NCBI GenBank assembly: GCA_951406725.2 | Contig: OX597816.1 | Span: 186,001 to 250,000, forward strand | Origin: Octopus vulgaris | Lineage: Eukaryota | DNA: 64,000 nt | Reading direction: 5' to 3' | Shown here: one piece after another, positions 27,846 through 38,830 of the stretch | How the letters are laid out: every line of letters starts with the position of its first letter | Position numbering within the stretch: the first letter of the stretch is position 1 | Position numbers and translations under genes: made by a program | The notes under the pieces: model-generated | Told to the model about the DNA's origin: nothing | The model's database searches: none | What the model saw: only the letters and a program-made list of their open reading frames with translations

Positions 27846-28246
27846 TTATTTACATTTGACAGATATTTGTCCTCATCTTGTTTGTTGTTAACATAAAGCT
27901 TTGGCTGATATACCCTCCAGCCTTCATCAGGTATTCTGGGAAAATTTCAAGCCCGGGTTCTCATTCCTAAGGTATTTTTCGATGTTATTATGGTGTAGAG
28001 GTTAAGAGCGCAGGCTACTAACCCCAAGATTCCGAGTTTGATTCCAGGCAGTGACCTGAATAATAATAATAATAATATTGAAAGATACCTTAGGAATGAG
28101 AACCCAGGTTCGAAATTTCCCCTAGACACCTGATGAAGGCTGGAGGGTATATCAGCCGAAAACATTGTGTTAACAACAAAATAAGACAAATATCTCTCAA
28201 ATGTAAATAGTGTAAATAATTCCTCATCTCTTAAATATAGAACTGT
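27846..28246 (+). mobile_element. tRNA-headed, hammerhead-bearing SINE-like element with inverted 5' duplication (copy 1)
   Basis: Arms 27846-27990 and ~28065-28210 are inverted. A-box-like tggtgtagaggttaag at 27991, B-box-like gagtttgattcc at 28034, hammerhead motif at 28125-28171. Confidence 0.8.
28125..28171 (+). ncRNA. Minimal type I hammerhead ribozyme motif (mutated near cleavage site)
   Basis: GACAC-CTGATGA-A-GGCTG(gagggtatat)CAGCC-GAAA-ACA-TT-GTGTT. Confidence 0.6.
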
Positions 28247-29692
28247 ATTTAAAAGAAGGTTTGCATTTTGAAGCTCAGAGCTGAGAAAAGTAAAAAGGGA
28301 ACCTACAGAAGGCAGTTGACAAAGCCAGCTTCTATATATGGCTGAAATGAGAAGACCCAAAATGACTTGAAAGCCATAACATGCTGACTGGGAAATAGCA
28401 TCTAGGTGAGGTTGGCTGACATTTAAGCAGCATTGCTGATTGAGAGGTGGGCCAAGGCTTGTACCCCCAAACAGCTGGTCAGCTCTGGCTGCTGGAACTA
28501 AAACTAACTCAACGCTGTTGGAAGGCAGGTTTAGAGAGGGCGCAGACTAAAACTATGTGCTCTTCTCCTCCGTTGGTTGGTTGAAGCTTAGACAGTGTCA
28601 CATGACAGCTGGTGCTGGCTGCTGGAGCCTCCTGGTGAGTATTTAAAGGGAAATTTGGCAGGATGGTCATTCGCCGGCTAACATTCATTGATGCTGCATT
28701 GAAGAAATCAAAAAACAAAAGAAAAAGGAGAAAGAAGAAATGCACTCAACACCAGAGCTGAAGACACCTCCGAAAGAGGGCAGGGCGCCACATCGAAAAC
28801 AGTAGAGGAGTAGGGGTCAAAACTAGATGTGGTTCCTCCTGGATCCTATAAAGGAGCTGTTGAGGTAGTGAACCACAAAATGTGGTTGGAATTCCCCACT
28901 GACTCTTTTTTTCTCCATCATTCCCATCATTCACAGCAGACTCTCTCTCATTCATCCCATTCATCCAATGAACCAGTCTTGCTTCCATTCTTTTCAACCT
29001 TCTCTCGTACCCTGTGTTCATCGCTCATCTCTTTAAATTAAAGCTCTTATCACACATTGCAGCTTACAATTTCCTCTTCAGTTTCAGTAACACTTGCTTC
29101 TTCATTAATATGCCAATCAGTTCCCAGAACTTCTTCCATCTGTATCTCTCTCTTATCTTCTAATCCAGTGTTGGTGTTCTTCTTCTTCTTTAACTGCAGG
29201 CCATCCATTGACTTATGATTAAATGGATTCCAGCTATAAACACCATTTCTGTTTTTTTCTTTTTTTATTCTGGCTGCTATGTCTAGCATTACATATTTCA
29301 ACCTGTCTTCTTCTTTTTAAGATGCAGTGGTATAATTTTTTAAGAGAGGTTTAGCTACTATTTCTTTCAGGTCAAATAACTGCATAGAGACTTCCTTTAG
29401 AATTTGTTGTTTAGCTCTGAATGACCTCTGAATGAGGAGCAGATTTGATGAAAGGTCTTCCAACCATGACTTCCTAGCTTTATTTCAAGTGATGTTTTGC
29501 AGATTGTGTTATCTAATGTGTTCTTCAAATTTTAAGCTGGTAGAATAGAATTTGGCTGTTATTTCTAGTAAGTCAAATGATCATGAAAGGCACCTTTTTT
29601 CCTCCCCTATTTTGTCTATTTATTAACATTCCATTAATGCCTTTTCTAATGTTCTTTTCTTTGTTGTTTTTTTTTTGTTGTTTTTTTTTCAG

Positions 29693-29879
29693 AACCATAT
29701 CTTGAGAAAAGGGCTTCTTTCATTGATTTAGCTGCACAAAAACCTCATTTACCTGATGAGCAACTACTTCAGTCGTTAAGTAAACAAAAAGATGGATTTC
29801 ATACACTCACTTATGGCATCAATGGTAGATTCCCTCAACTTCAAGAAAATCTTTTAAATACTGAACCCAAAAATCAAAA
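29693..29879 (+). CDS. DENND5: DENND5 exon C (not in ORF track)
   Basis: Long polypyrimidine tract then cag|AA CCA TAT. G+AA makes E, then PYLEKRASFIDLAAQKPHL...GRFPQLQENLLNTEPKNQ; ends AA|gtgagt (phase 2). Resembles DENND5 IELRLAKIDHTAIHPHL..GFFPKLQ. Confidence 0.88.
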
Positions 29880-30162
29880 GTGAGTTCATTTCACGTTTAT
29901 TAAAAGATGAAAAAAACCTACACAATTTTGCTGTTCTTTTTCTTTTATTCTTTTCAGTCATTTCACTGTGGCCACGCTGGAGCACTGCTTTTAGTTGAGC
30001 AAATCGACCACAGGACTTATTCTTTATAACCCTAGTACTTATTCTATTGGTCTCTTTTTCCGAACTGTTATGTTATGGAGATGTAAACACACCAGCATTG
30101 GTGGCCAAGCAATGTTGGGGCGACAAGCACAGACACACACACACACATATACACACACACAA

Positions 30163-30193
<31 letters not shown>

Positions 30194-31296
30194 CACACAA
30201 CAGGCTTCTTTTAGTTTCCATCTACCAAATCCACTCACAAGGCTTTGGTTGAGCTGAGGCTATAGTAGAAGACACTTGCCCAAGGTGCCACACAGTGGGA
30301 CTGAACTGGGAACCATGTAGTTGGTAAGCAAGCTACTTACCACACACCCACTCCTGTTATTTATTATTTTTCTTTCTTTTCTTTTTTTAAATTAGTGCCA
30401 CTGTGTGGCACCTTAGGAAAGTGTCTTCTGCTATAGCTTCAGGCTGACCAAAGTCTTGTGAGTAGATTTGATAGATGGAAACTAAAAGAAGCCCATCATA
30501 TTTGATGTATGTGTGTGTGTTTGTATGTAGCTTTGTCTTGACATCATTTGATACTTGTAAATGACCATCACCATCATATAAACAGTGTTGTTTGTTTCCA
30601 GTCTTTTGTTAAAAAAAAAAAAACTTGATCAGCCAAGGGAAAATATTACCTTGCTTGGAAACAGGCGGCAGTTGACAACAGGAAGGACATCTGGCCTTAG
30701 AAAAATCTACCTCAACAAATTCTGTCTGACTCGTGCTAGCATGGAAAAGTGGACATTAAAATGACAATAATGGTGATGTATTGATCTAGGGAAAGACATT
30801 TAATCAGATCTGAGTTCAGTTAAAGAAAAAAAGAAAAAATCTTAATTAATTATTCCCTCTTATTTAATAACATCATCATCATTGTTTTAACATCCACTGC
30901 TCCATGTTTGCATGGGTCAGACGGAATTTGTTGAAGCAAATTTTCCATGTTGCCCTTCCTGTCACCAACCCTCGTCTATATTCAAATAAGATTTCCGTGG
31001 AAGATTGTAAATTAATGCCCTGCCTTACCCCTTGTATGACACTGATATTATTTACAGTTCTATATTTAAGAGATAAGGAATTATCTACATTATTTACATT
31101 TGACAGATATTTGTCCTCATCTTGTTTGTTGTTAACACAATGTTTCAGCTCATATACCCTCCAGCCTTCATCAGGTGTTTTGGGGAAATTTCGAACCTGG
31201 GTTCTCATTCATAAGGTATTTTTCTATGTTATTATTATTCAGATTCGATTCCAAGCAGTGACCAGAATAATAATAATAATAATAACAACATTGAAA

Positions 31297-33982
31297 GATC
31301 CTGAAGCTTAAAGAAGCTTAAATGGACAGAGATTTAGAGACATGTTACTTGAAGCCTTTGACGAAATAGAAGGGAGTATAGCTATACATGGGGTAGAAGA
31401 CAACTGGACGCTCCTAAGGGACAACCTGCTGAAAGCCACTGACCAGATCTGTGGCTGGTGCAAAGTCCCCTCAAGACCCAAAATAACGTGGTGGTGGAAC
31501 AATGTGGTTGACAGGGCTATTAGACAAAAGAAACAGGCTTGGAGAGACTGGAAGAATGGAGGTAGCAGGGAATTGTATCAGACTGCCAGAAGGGAAGCAG
31601 ATAAGAAAAAATTTGCCAATGTTCTGCGCCGTGAGGACCAAAGACTTGAGGTATTTCATGTTGCAAGACAGTGTGTGAGAGAGAATCGTGATGTGGTAGG
31701 AGAGAAATGTGTTCGCATGGATGATGTTTCACTTGCGCTAAATGAGGATGCAAAGAGAGAGGTTTGGAGATGCCACTATGAAAGGTTGCTGAATAAAGAA
31801 AATGAATGGGATAAAGAGAGTCTGTCAAATGTCGACCCAACTGAGGGACCAGCTATCCGAGTTGACAGTTCTTTGGTAGTTGAGGCAATTAGAAGCATGA
31901 AGACAGGGAAAGCCCCAGGCCCATCAGGAATTACTGCAGAGATGCTCAAAATATCTGGCAGTGTCGGATATAGCCTAGTCACCCGTATAGTCAACCAGGT
32001 GATACACGAAGGAGTCATACCCAATGACTGGTGTGGCAGCATAATAGCCAACTGCTACACAGGTAAAGGTGACGCCCTAGATACAAATAATTACAGAGGT
32101 ATCAAGCTGTTGGATCAGGCAATGAAGGTTACAGAGAGGGTCATAGCCCAATTGATTAGGGAGAGAGTCAACTTGGACGAGATGCAGTTTGGTTTCGTGC
32201 CAGGGTAAAGCACCACTGATGCCATATTCCTGGTGAGACAGCTGCAGGAGAAATACCTAGCCAAAGATAAACCTCTGTATCTGGCTTTCGTTGACATGGA
32301 GAGAGCCTTTGACAGGGTCCCCCGATCCCTTATCTGGAGGTCAATGAGGAAACTAGGGATAGATGAATGGCTAGTGAGAGCTGTGCGAGCCATGTACAGG
32401 GACGCTGTAAGTAAGGTGAGGGTTGGCAACGAGTACAGTGAAGAATTCTGGGTAGAGGTTGGGGTCCACCAAGGTTCAGTCCTCATCCCCCTCCTATTTA
32501 TCATAGTCCTCCAGGCAATAACGGAGGAATTTGAGACAGGATGCCCCTGGGAGCTCCTCTATGCTGATGACCTTGCTCTAATTGCTGAGTCACTATCAGA
32601 ACTGGAGGAGAAGTTTCAGGTGTAGAAGCAAGGATTAGAATCGAAGGGCCTTAGAGCCAACCTAGCTAAAACCAAAGTCCTAATAAGTAGGAAGGTAGAC
32701 AAGTCACAAATGCCTTCAGGTAGATGGCCTTGCTCGATCTGTAGAAAAGGCGTAGGTAGAAACTCTATAAGATGCACCAAGTGTAAGCTATGGACACATA
32801 AGATATGCAGCAATGTCAAAGGAAGGCTAACTAGGAAGATAGTGTTTGTATGTGGCAGATGCTCAGGAGCAATAAACACTGAAAATACGCAGAGATCATC
32901 TTCCGCCACATTCCAGGGAGAAAAACTAGAAATAGTTGAATAGCTTCCGTTACCTAGGTGACCAAGTCAGTAGCGGGTGAGGGTGTGCTGAAAGTGTAAC
33001 TGCTAGAGTAAGAATAGCTTGGGCAAAGTTCAGAGAGCTCTTACCTCTGCTGGTGACAAAAGGCCTCTCGCTCAGAGTAAAAGGCAGACTGTATGACGCA
33101 TGTGTACGAACAGCCATGCTACATGGCAGTGAAACATGGGCCATGACTGCTGAGGATATGCGTAAGCTCGCAAGAAATGAAGCCAGTATGCTCCGATGGA
33201 TATGTAATGTCAGTGTTCATACTCGACAGAGTGTAAGTACCTTGAGAGAAAAGTTGGACCTAAGAAGCATCAGTTGTGGTGTGCAAGAGAGACGTTTGCA
33301 CTTGTATGGTCATGTGGCGAGAATGGATGAAGATAGCTGTGTGAAAAAGTGCCACACCCTAGCCGTTGAGGGAACCTGTGGAAGAGGTAAACCCAGGAAG
33401 ACCTGGGATGAAGTGGTGAAGCACGACCTTCGAACTTTAGGTCTCACTGAGGAAATGACTAGAGACCGAGACCTTTGGAAGTATGCTGTGCGTGAGAAGA
33501 CCTGGCAGGACAAGTAAGGCCATAACCCGTGGCCTCTACCTGGGATGTAGCCAGTCCACTTATGCATACCTTTCCTTCTTGGGACACAAAACTCTACTTG
33601 TGAAGACCCATTGAGGCAAGTGAGAATCAGAATCAAAATCGAAATCGATCAACATCAATGGAATTTGTAGCTGTGATACCAGTGCCGGTGGCACGTAAGA
33701 GAACCATCCGAACGTGGCCGTAGCCAGCGCCGGCCTGACTGGCCTCCGTGCCGGTGGCACGTAAAAAGCACCATCCGATCATGGCCGTTTGCCAGCCTCG
33801 TCTGGCACGTAAAAAGCACCCACTATACTCACGGAGTGGTTGGCGTTAGGAAGGGCATCCAGCTGTAGAAACTCTGCCAGATCAGACTGGGCCTGGTGCA
33901 GCCTTCTGGCTTCCCAGACCCCAGTTGAACCATCCATCCCATGCTAGCATGGAAAGCGGACGTTAAACGATGATGATGATGA
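31297..33982 (+). mobile_element. 5'-truncated RTE LINE (RT complete but with stops), nested, TSD ttgaaa
   Basis: ORFs 31342-32208, 32233-32625 (LLYADDL), 32710-32943 and 33053-33517, then 3'UTR and (GAT)n. ttgaaa occurs at 31291-31296 and 33983-33988. Confidence 0.95.
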
Positions 33983-34029
33983 TTGAAAAATACCTTAGGA
34001 ATGAGAACCCAGGTTTGAAATTTTCCTAA

Positions 34030-34079
34030 GACACCTGATGAAGGCTGGTGGGGGGGTATATCAGTTGAAACGTTGTGTC
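34030..34079 (+). ncRNA. Minimal type I hammerhead ribozyme motif with intact core
   Basis: GACAC-CTGATGA-A-GGCTG(loop)CAGTT-GAAA-CG-TT-GTGTC. Stem I is a perfect 5 bp, helix II has 2 G-U pairs, and palindromic AACGTT replaces stem III. Confidence 0.72.
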
Positions 34080-34529
34080 AACAACAAACAAGATGAGGAC
34101 AAATATCCGTCTAATGTAAATACTGATATTATTTGTTTACAACTATCATACAATGTCAGCACACATACATATGTACATAGGACACACACACACATGTACA
34201 TACATATATAATAGTCTTCTTTCAGTTTCCATCTGCCTGATCCACTCACAAGGCTTTGATCAACCAGTGGCTTTGGCAAAAGACTTACCAAAAGTGCCAT
34301 GCAGTGGGGCTGAACTCAAAAGTGCACACAGCCATGCCTGCACCAAACACAATGTCATGAAAACTTTATTTAAAAGTGTGTTACTCATATAACATGTTTG
34401 GAAAGCTCTGATTTAGCTATCATCATCATCATCATCGTTTAGCGTCCGCCTTCCATGCTAGCATGGGTTGGACTATATATTATAAAGTTTTGATTTAAGT
34501 TTTAGATCCAATGAAATTGTCTGTTTTAG

Positions 34530-34620
34530 GACCCGCATGCAAGAAGCTGCCAAGTGGAGACGGAAAGATCGACATTTGCAACATTCTGAGCACATACAAC
34601 TGACCCCTGAACAAAGGGAG
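34530..34620 (+). CDS. DENND5: DENND5 exon D (not in ORF track)
   Basis: ttttag|G completes AAG, then TRMQEAAKWRRKDRHLQHSEHIQLTPEQRE|gtaggc. Matches DENND5 [24 protein letters not shown]. Confidence 0.92.
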
Positions 34621-35940
34621 GTAGGCAAATATCAAATTTATCGTTGCTTATAAAATTCTTTTTTTTTTTTTTCATGAAAACATCATTAATCCGGATGGTG
34701 TATTTGGCAGGCAAGTGATTTGATCAGTGAATGTGATGAAACTAAAGCAATTGCAGCAGGAAAGACAAATTAGCTTTTCAAAAACACAAACTGAAACATT
34801 TATTATTTGGTGTTGAAATTTTTGTGGCACTAATTGCAATCTAGTCACTGATGCAGGTTCTAATGAGATGCAGTGGAACCACATCAGTGACTAGATCACA
34901 ATTAGAATGATGACAAGTTTTAACACCAAATAATGTTTTAGTGAAGTCTTTGTGTATTTTTGAATGGCAATATGTGTTCTCCATGCTGTAATTATTTATC
35001 ATTAATCTTTTTGTTATTTTTATATATTTTTTTACTAACACTGTCTACTTTTTCTTTTATTAAAAGAATTTGATCACCATATAAAATTGATGGAATATAT
35101 TGCTTCGGCAGAATATTTCATTTGAATAACTTTACAATTATAACTTGATACAAAGACAGTCAACTTTGTCTTGCAAGCACTTGTTAAATTTGTAAGTACA
35201 TAGTGAATTTGTAAAGGAAGGAACAAAGATTTTAGATGACCCCAGCATTATATTCCACTAATAGTCTGGATAACTGTTTGTATTTCTTTAAAATTGTAGC
35301 TTGATACAGTCTTAAAGACACTCACCTTTTAATCTTGTAAACACTTTCTAAATTTGTAAAGGAGGAATATTCATCAAGGTTTTGAATACATCCACATTTT
35401 CTTAAAAGTCTTCTGTGTTTTACTCTAAATGTGTTCATTGATGCTTCAAAAAGAATCATACAATATGAAAGATGGGTTTTTAAAAATATTTACTCAATGA
35501 GAAAAGTGAAATATTGTTTTTATGACTTTCATTTTGTTCAGGAAGTACAGTTGGGATCGTTGCTGTCATTGCACATATTGTACCAAATTCTTCCTATTCC
35601 CAACTGTTGGATATTATTAAGATCATATTAACATGTTCATATCAGAAGTTGTCAATAGGATAAGAGTGGTACAGGAGTGGATTAATAGCAACAAATATGT
35701 CATTAGAGAAGAGGTATGTCCTACCTAGATATTGGTTGTTTATTCACTATTAGCATCTATCTACTTACAAAACAACAAGGTGTTTGTTTCAAGTAGTGCT
35801 TCAATAGCAAACTATGTCCTTGCAGCCAGTTAAAAAATTATTTCCTCTGATAATGTATGTGATCAGTTTTAGATTAGCTCATAATGTCACATTAAATATA
35901 TGATAATTTCATGATTGACTGCTAACTCCAAAAGTTTTTT

Positions 35941-36075
35941 ATTCTCTCTCTATTTCCTCACGTTCCTTTCTGTTGAGGAGCATAGGGTCAAAATGTAAAA
36001 GACTTCCCTACTTCCCGAGCGTCAAACTAATACACCTGTCTTCGTCTTTTGTTTTTCTGTAAATTTCAACTAATA
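35941..36075 (+). mobile_element. Short repeat with degenerate hammerhead-like motif (Penelope-type terminal repeat?)
   Basis: CTTT-CTGTTGA-G-GAGC(atag)GGTC-AAAA-TG-TA-AAAG at 35966-36001. Downstream gagcgtcaaactaatac resembles the tail of the 54672 element. Confidence 0.45.
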
Positions 36076-37179
36076 TATATATATATATATATATACATAG
36101 ACATAGACAGAAATGAAATGAAATTTATTTTCAATTGTCAAAATATTACTGCTAGAGTCCTCAGTTGTATGCTATGAAACAGCACAGATTTCTGGAACCC
36201 ATATGTTCTTTTATTTAATTACAAATTATCATTTAATTAATTCCTATCAATATTTAATAAATCTCCTGGTGTGATAAACAAATGTTGATAGATAACTAGT
36301 CATTTTCATCATGTGCTTTTCAACATCTTTAATTATTTTAGTTACTGTCTAGTAATTAATTTTTGAGCTGTTAGCTTTCACTCCTCCTGAGGAAAATATT
36401 ATTAAGCTTAAAAAGTTAATTTCTTTCCTTGGTGTGAATGAAAGCAAAAACCAACCTATTATATAGGTGTGACAAGAAACTTGTCATTTGTGCATTCGTT
36501 AAATGACTTTGGGTTGTGTAGTTGTGTATGATTGGAGCCTGTTTCATTGAAAATAATCTGTTTTGGCATTTAAAAAAAATATTCTCCATGTTTTATGCAG
36601 ATAATGACCTTCACTTCACTCCAATGTTGAGTTTCAGACACTTTTCTTAATATTAACTTTTCTAGGGCTAATAAGGTTTTGATCTAGGTTACCAACTGGG
36701 ATATTTTTCAATGTTCAACTCTTCATGAATGGATTTCTATAATTATACAACCAGTAGGTTTTCTAAGGCAGGCATTTACCTAAATAATGAGCAATATACG
36801 TCTTTTTTTCAGTTTTTAGTACAGATATATTAGAATACATATTTATATACAATGTTCTTGTAAAAGTTTGTTGTAAGAGGACTTTCCAAGAAGATGGGGC
36901 TTGTTGGGAAACTCCATGCTGTATGTTGGCAATGGATGCATATGTGATTCTAGAAATAAGGAGGAATTAAAACACTTTAAGTTCTGCTATGCAAGTCAAT
37001 TAACTGCAACATAAACTTCAGGAAACCAAGCAGCACCTTTGTCAATTTGCAGTCAGGTGAACATGCAAGCTAGATAGATTTCATTCTCACTAGGAAATGA
37101 GATAGACTGATGGTTGTTTGTATTGTTTCCCTGGTGAATAATATATCACCCAATGAAGGCTAGTTGTTAGTGACTTCAA

Positions 37180-38830
37180 AATAAGAGTTGGATGGATTGA
37201 GAGGCAAACGGTGGAGACTAATGAAGTTGTGTTTGAACTATACTCAGCAGAGAGAGAGCAGCTTTTAAGGTAGGCAGTGATATGGTCAAAATGGCAATCA
37301 AATATATGAAAATCAAGAAGCATCTGGTGTGGTTGCTCAGATGCTGAAAACAGCTGGTGGAATAGGGCTCATTTTAGTTACCCACATTGTCAACCAAGCA
37401 CCATATTTGATAGCATAAAAGATGCACAGGCATATTACATGCACCCCAATTTCCACAACACATTTTCAGGAGAAAAATGTTTTTAGTGCATTAAAGCATG
37501 TATTATAGGCCCAACTTCATACACAAGACCCAGGGTAGGTTTTTTTTGTTTATTTGTTTTGAAACCTGGGGGTGTAGGGAATGTATCTTATATGCCATCA
37601 AATACCGTAATTCAGGCAGGTATCATACAACACAATACAGTTTTCGCATAGTTGATTAGGAGGTAAATCAACTGAGATGAAATACAGTTTGGATTTATCC
37701 CAGGGCATGGTACCATTGATGCACTCTTCGTAGTCAGACAATTGCAAGAGATATTTCTAATCAAGACTGAACCTCTCTATCTAGCATTCATTGGTCCATT
37801 GATGGTCTTTGATTGAATACTGTGCTCACTTGTCTGGTGGTTGCTAAGAAAACTCTAAGTAGGTGCTAGCTGTGAACAGAGATACAGTGAACTAAATGAG
37901 GAATTCACTGCCAATGAATTCTTCACTGAATTCATTGGCAATTAATTCAGTGAGGAATTTAGAATGCAAGTAGATATCCAACAATGCTCAGTTCCAAGCC
38001 CCCTCTTATCTCTTAGTCATGACAGTGGAGTTTAAGACTGACTGCCAATAGGAAGAACTTCCATATGGTAATGTACTGATCCTTATAATAGAAGCTGTGA
38101 GTATTTAGAGAAGAAATTCCAGACATGGTAATAAAACCTAGGCTCAAGACTTCAGAGTAAATTTAGCAAAAACTTAAATTTTCATTAAGGAGGAAAGAAG
38201 ACAAGACTGATGCCCAACTGTAAATATGCAGAAAAGGAATCCGATTAAATGTCATTTGGTGTACTCAGTGTGATCTTTGAGTAGGCAACAAATACAGTGG
38301 AATCAAAGACAAGTTGACAATGAACAAAGTCTTTGTCTGGAAATGTGATCCTTCAAAGCACCAATAAAATAATATCCTTGCAATGCTCAGAAGGTCCAAA
38401 GATGTTGCTGATTGCTAATCAGCAATAGAGGGAGGCATTGTTCTGAAAGCATGACAGCCAAAGTCAAAAGTAGGGGCTGTGAAAGTTCTGCATGCTATTA
38501 CTTCTGCAATAACAGGGCTTTTTCTCTCTCTGAGCAGAGAGTCGATTGTATGATGCATGTGTATGAACTGTAATGCTGCATGGTAGTGAGATGTGGGCAC
38601 TGGAAAAGCTGTGCAAAAGTTAAAAAGAAATGACACAAGCATGATCTGCTGAATGTGTAATGTTAGTTATGCATGAAGGAAGAGATACAGATGAGTTAAG
38701 AGCAAAACTGTCTCCAAGAGGAACAAGACATAATGTTCAAGAGAGATTCCTACAGTGTTGGAATAAACATGGATGTGGAAGGAACGAGAAAAAGAAGAAA
38801 ACTGCAAAAGACATGGACAGTGGATAGAAT
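37180..38830 (+). mobile_element. Old, decayed RTE LINE
   Basis: QFGFIPGHGTIDALFVVRQLQE..PLYLAFI and further degraded RTE segments. Confidence 0.7.

Larger units (their letters stand above)
27205..28400 (+). mobile_element. HERO-like RLE non-LTR retrotransposon remnant, split by insertion at 27846-28246
   Basis: SFLIKSTFEVLPAPANLVWW..C.C..HVLSNC..RYTWCHNQVL, then RPDLILW..LELTVPWEEN..KEKRY..VETRG. It resumes after the insert with KASFYIWLK. Confidence 0.75.
31051..34125 (+). mobile_element. Copy 2 of the hammerhead inverted-repeat element, split by an RTE insertion
   Basis: Left inverted arm 31051-31235, tRNA B-box remnant ttcgattcc near 31245, right arm resuming at 33983 (ttgaaaaataccttaggaatgagaaccc). 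Confidence 0.82.

Noticed and set aside
27991-28056. Possible tRNA gene
   Set aside because: No acceptor stem, a mutated B box, and embedded in a repeat; it is a SINE head.
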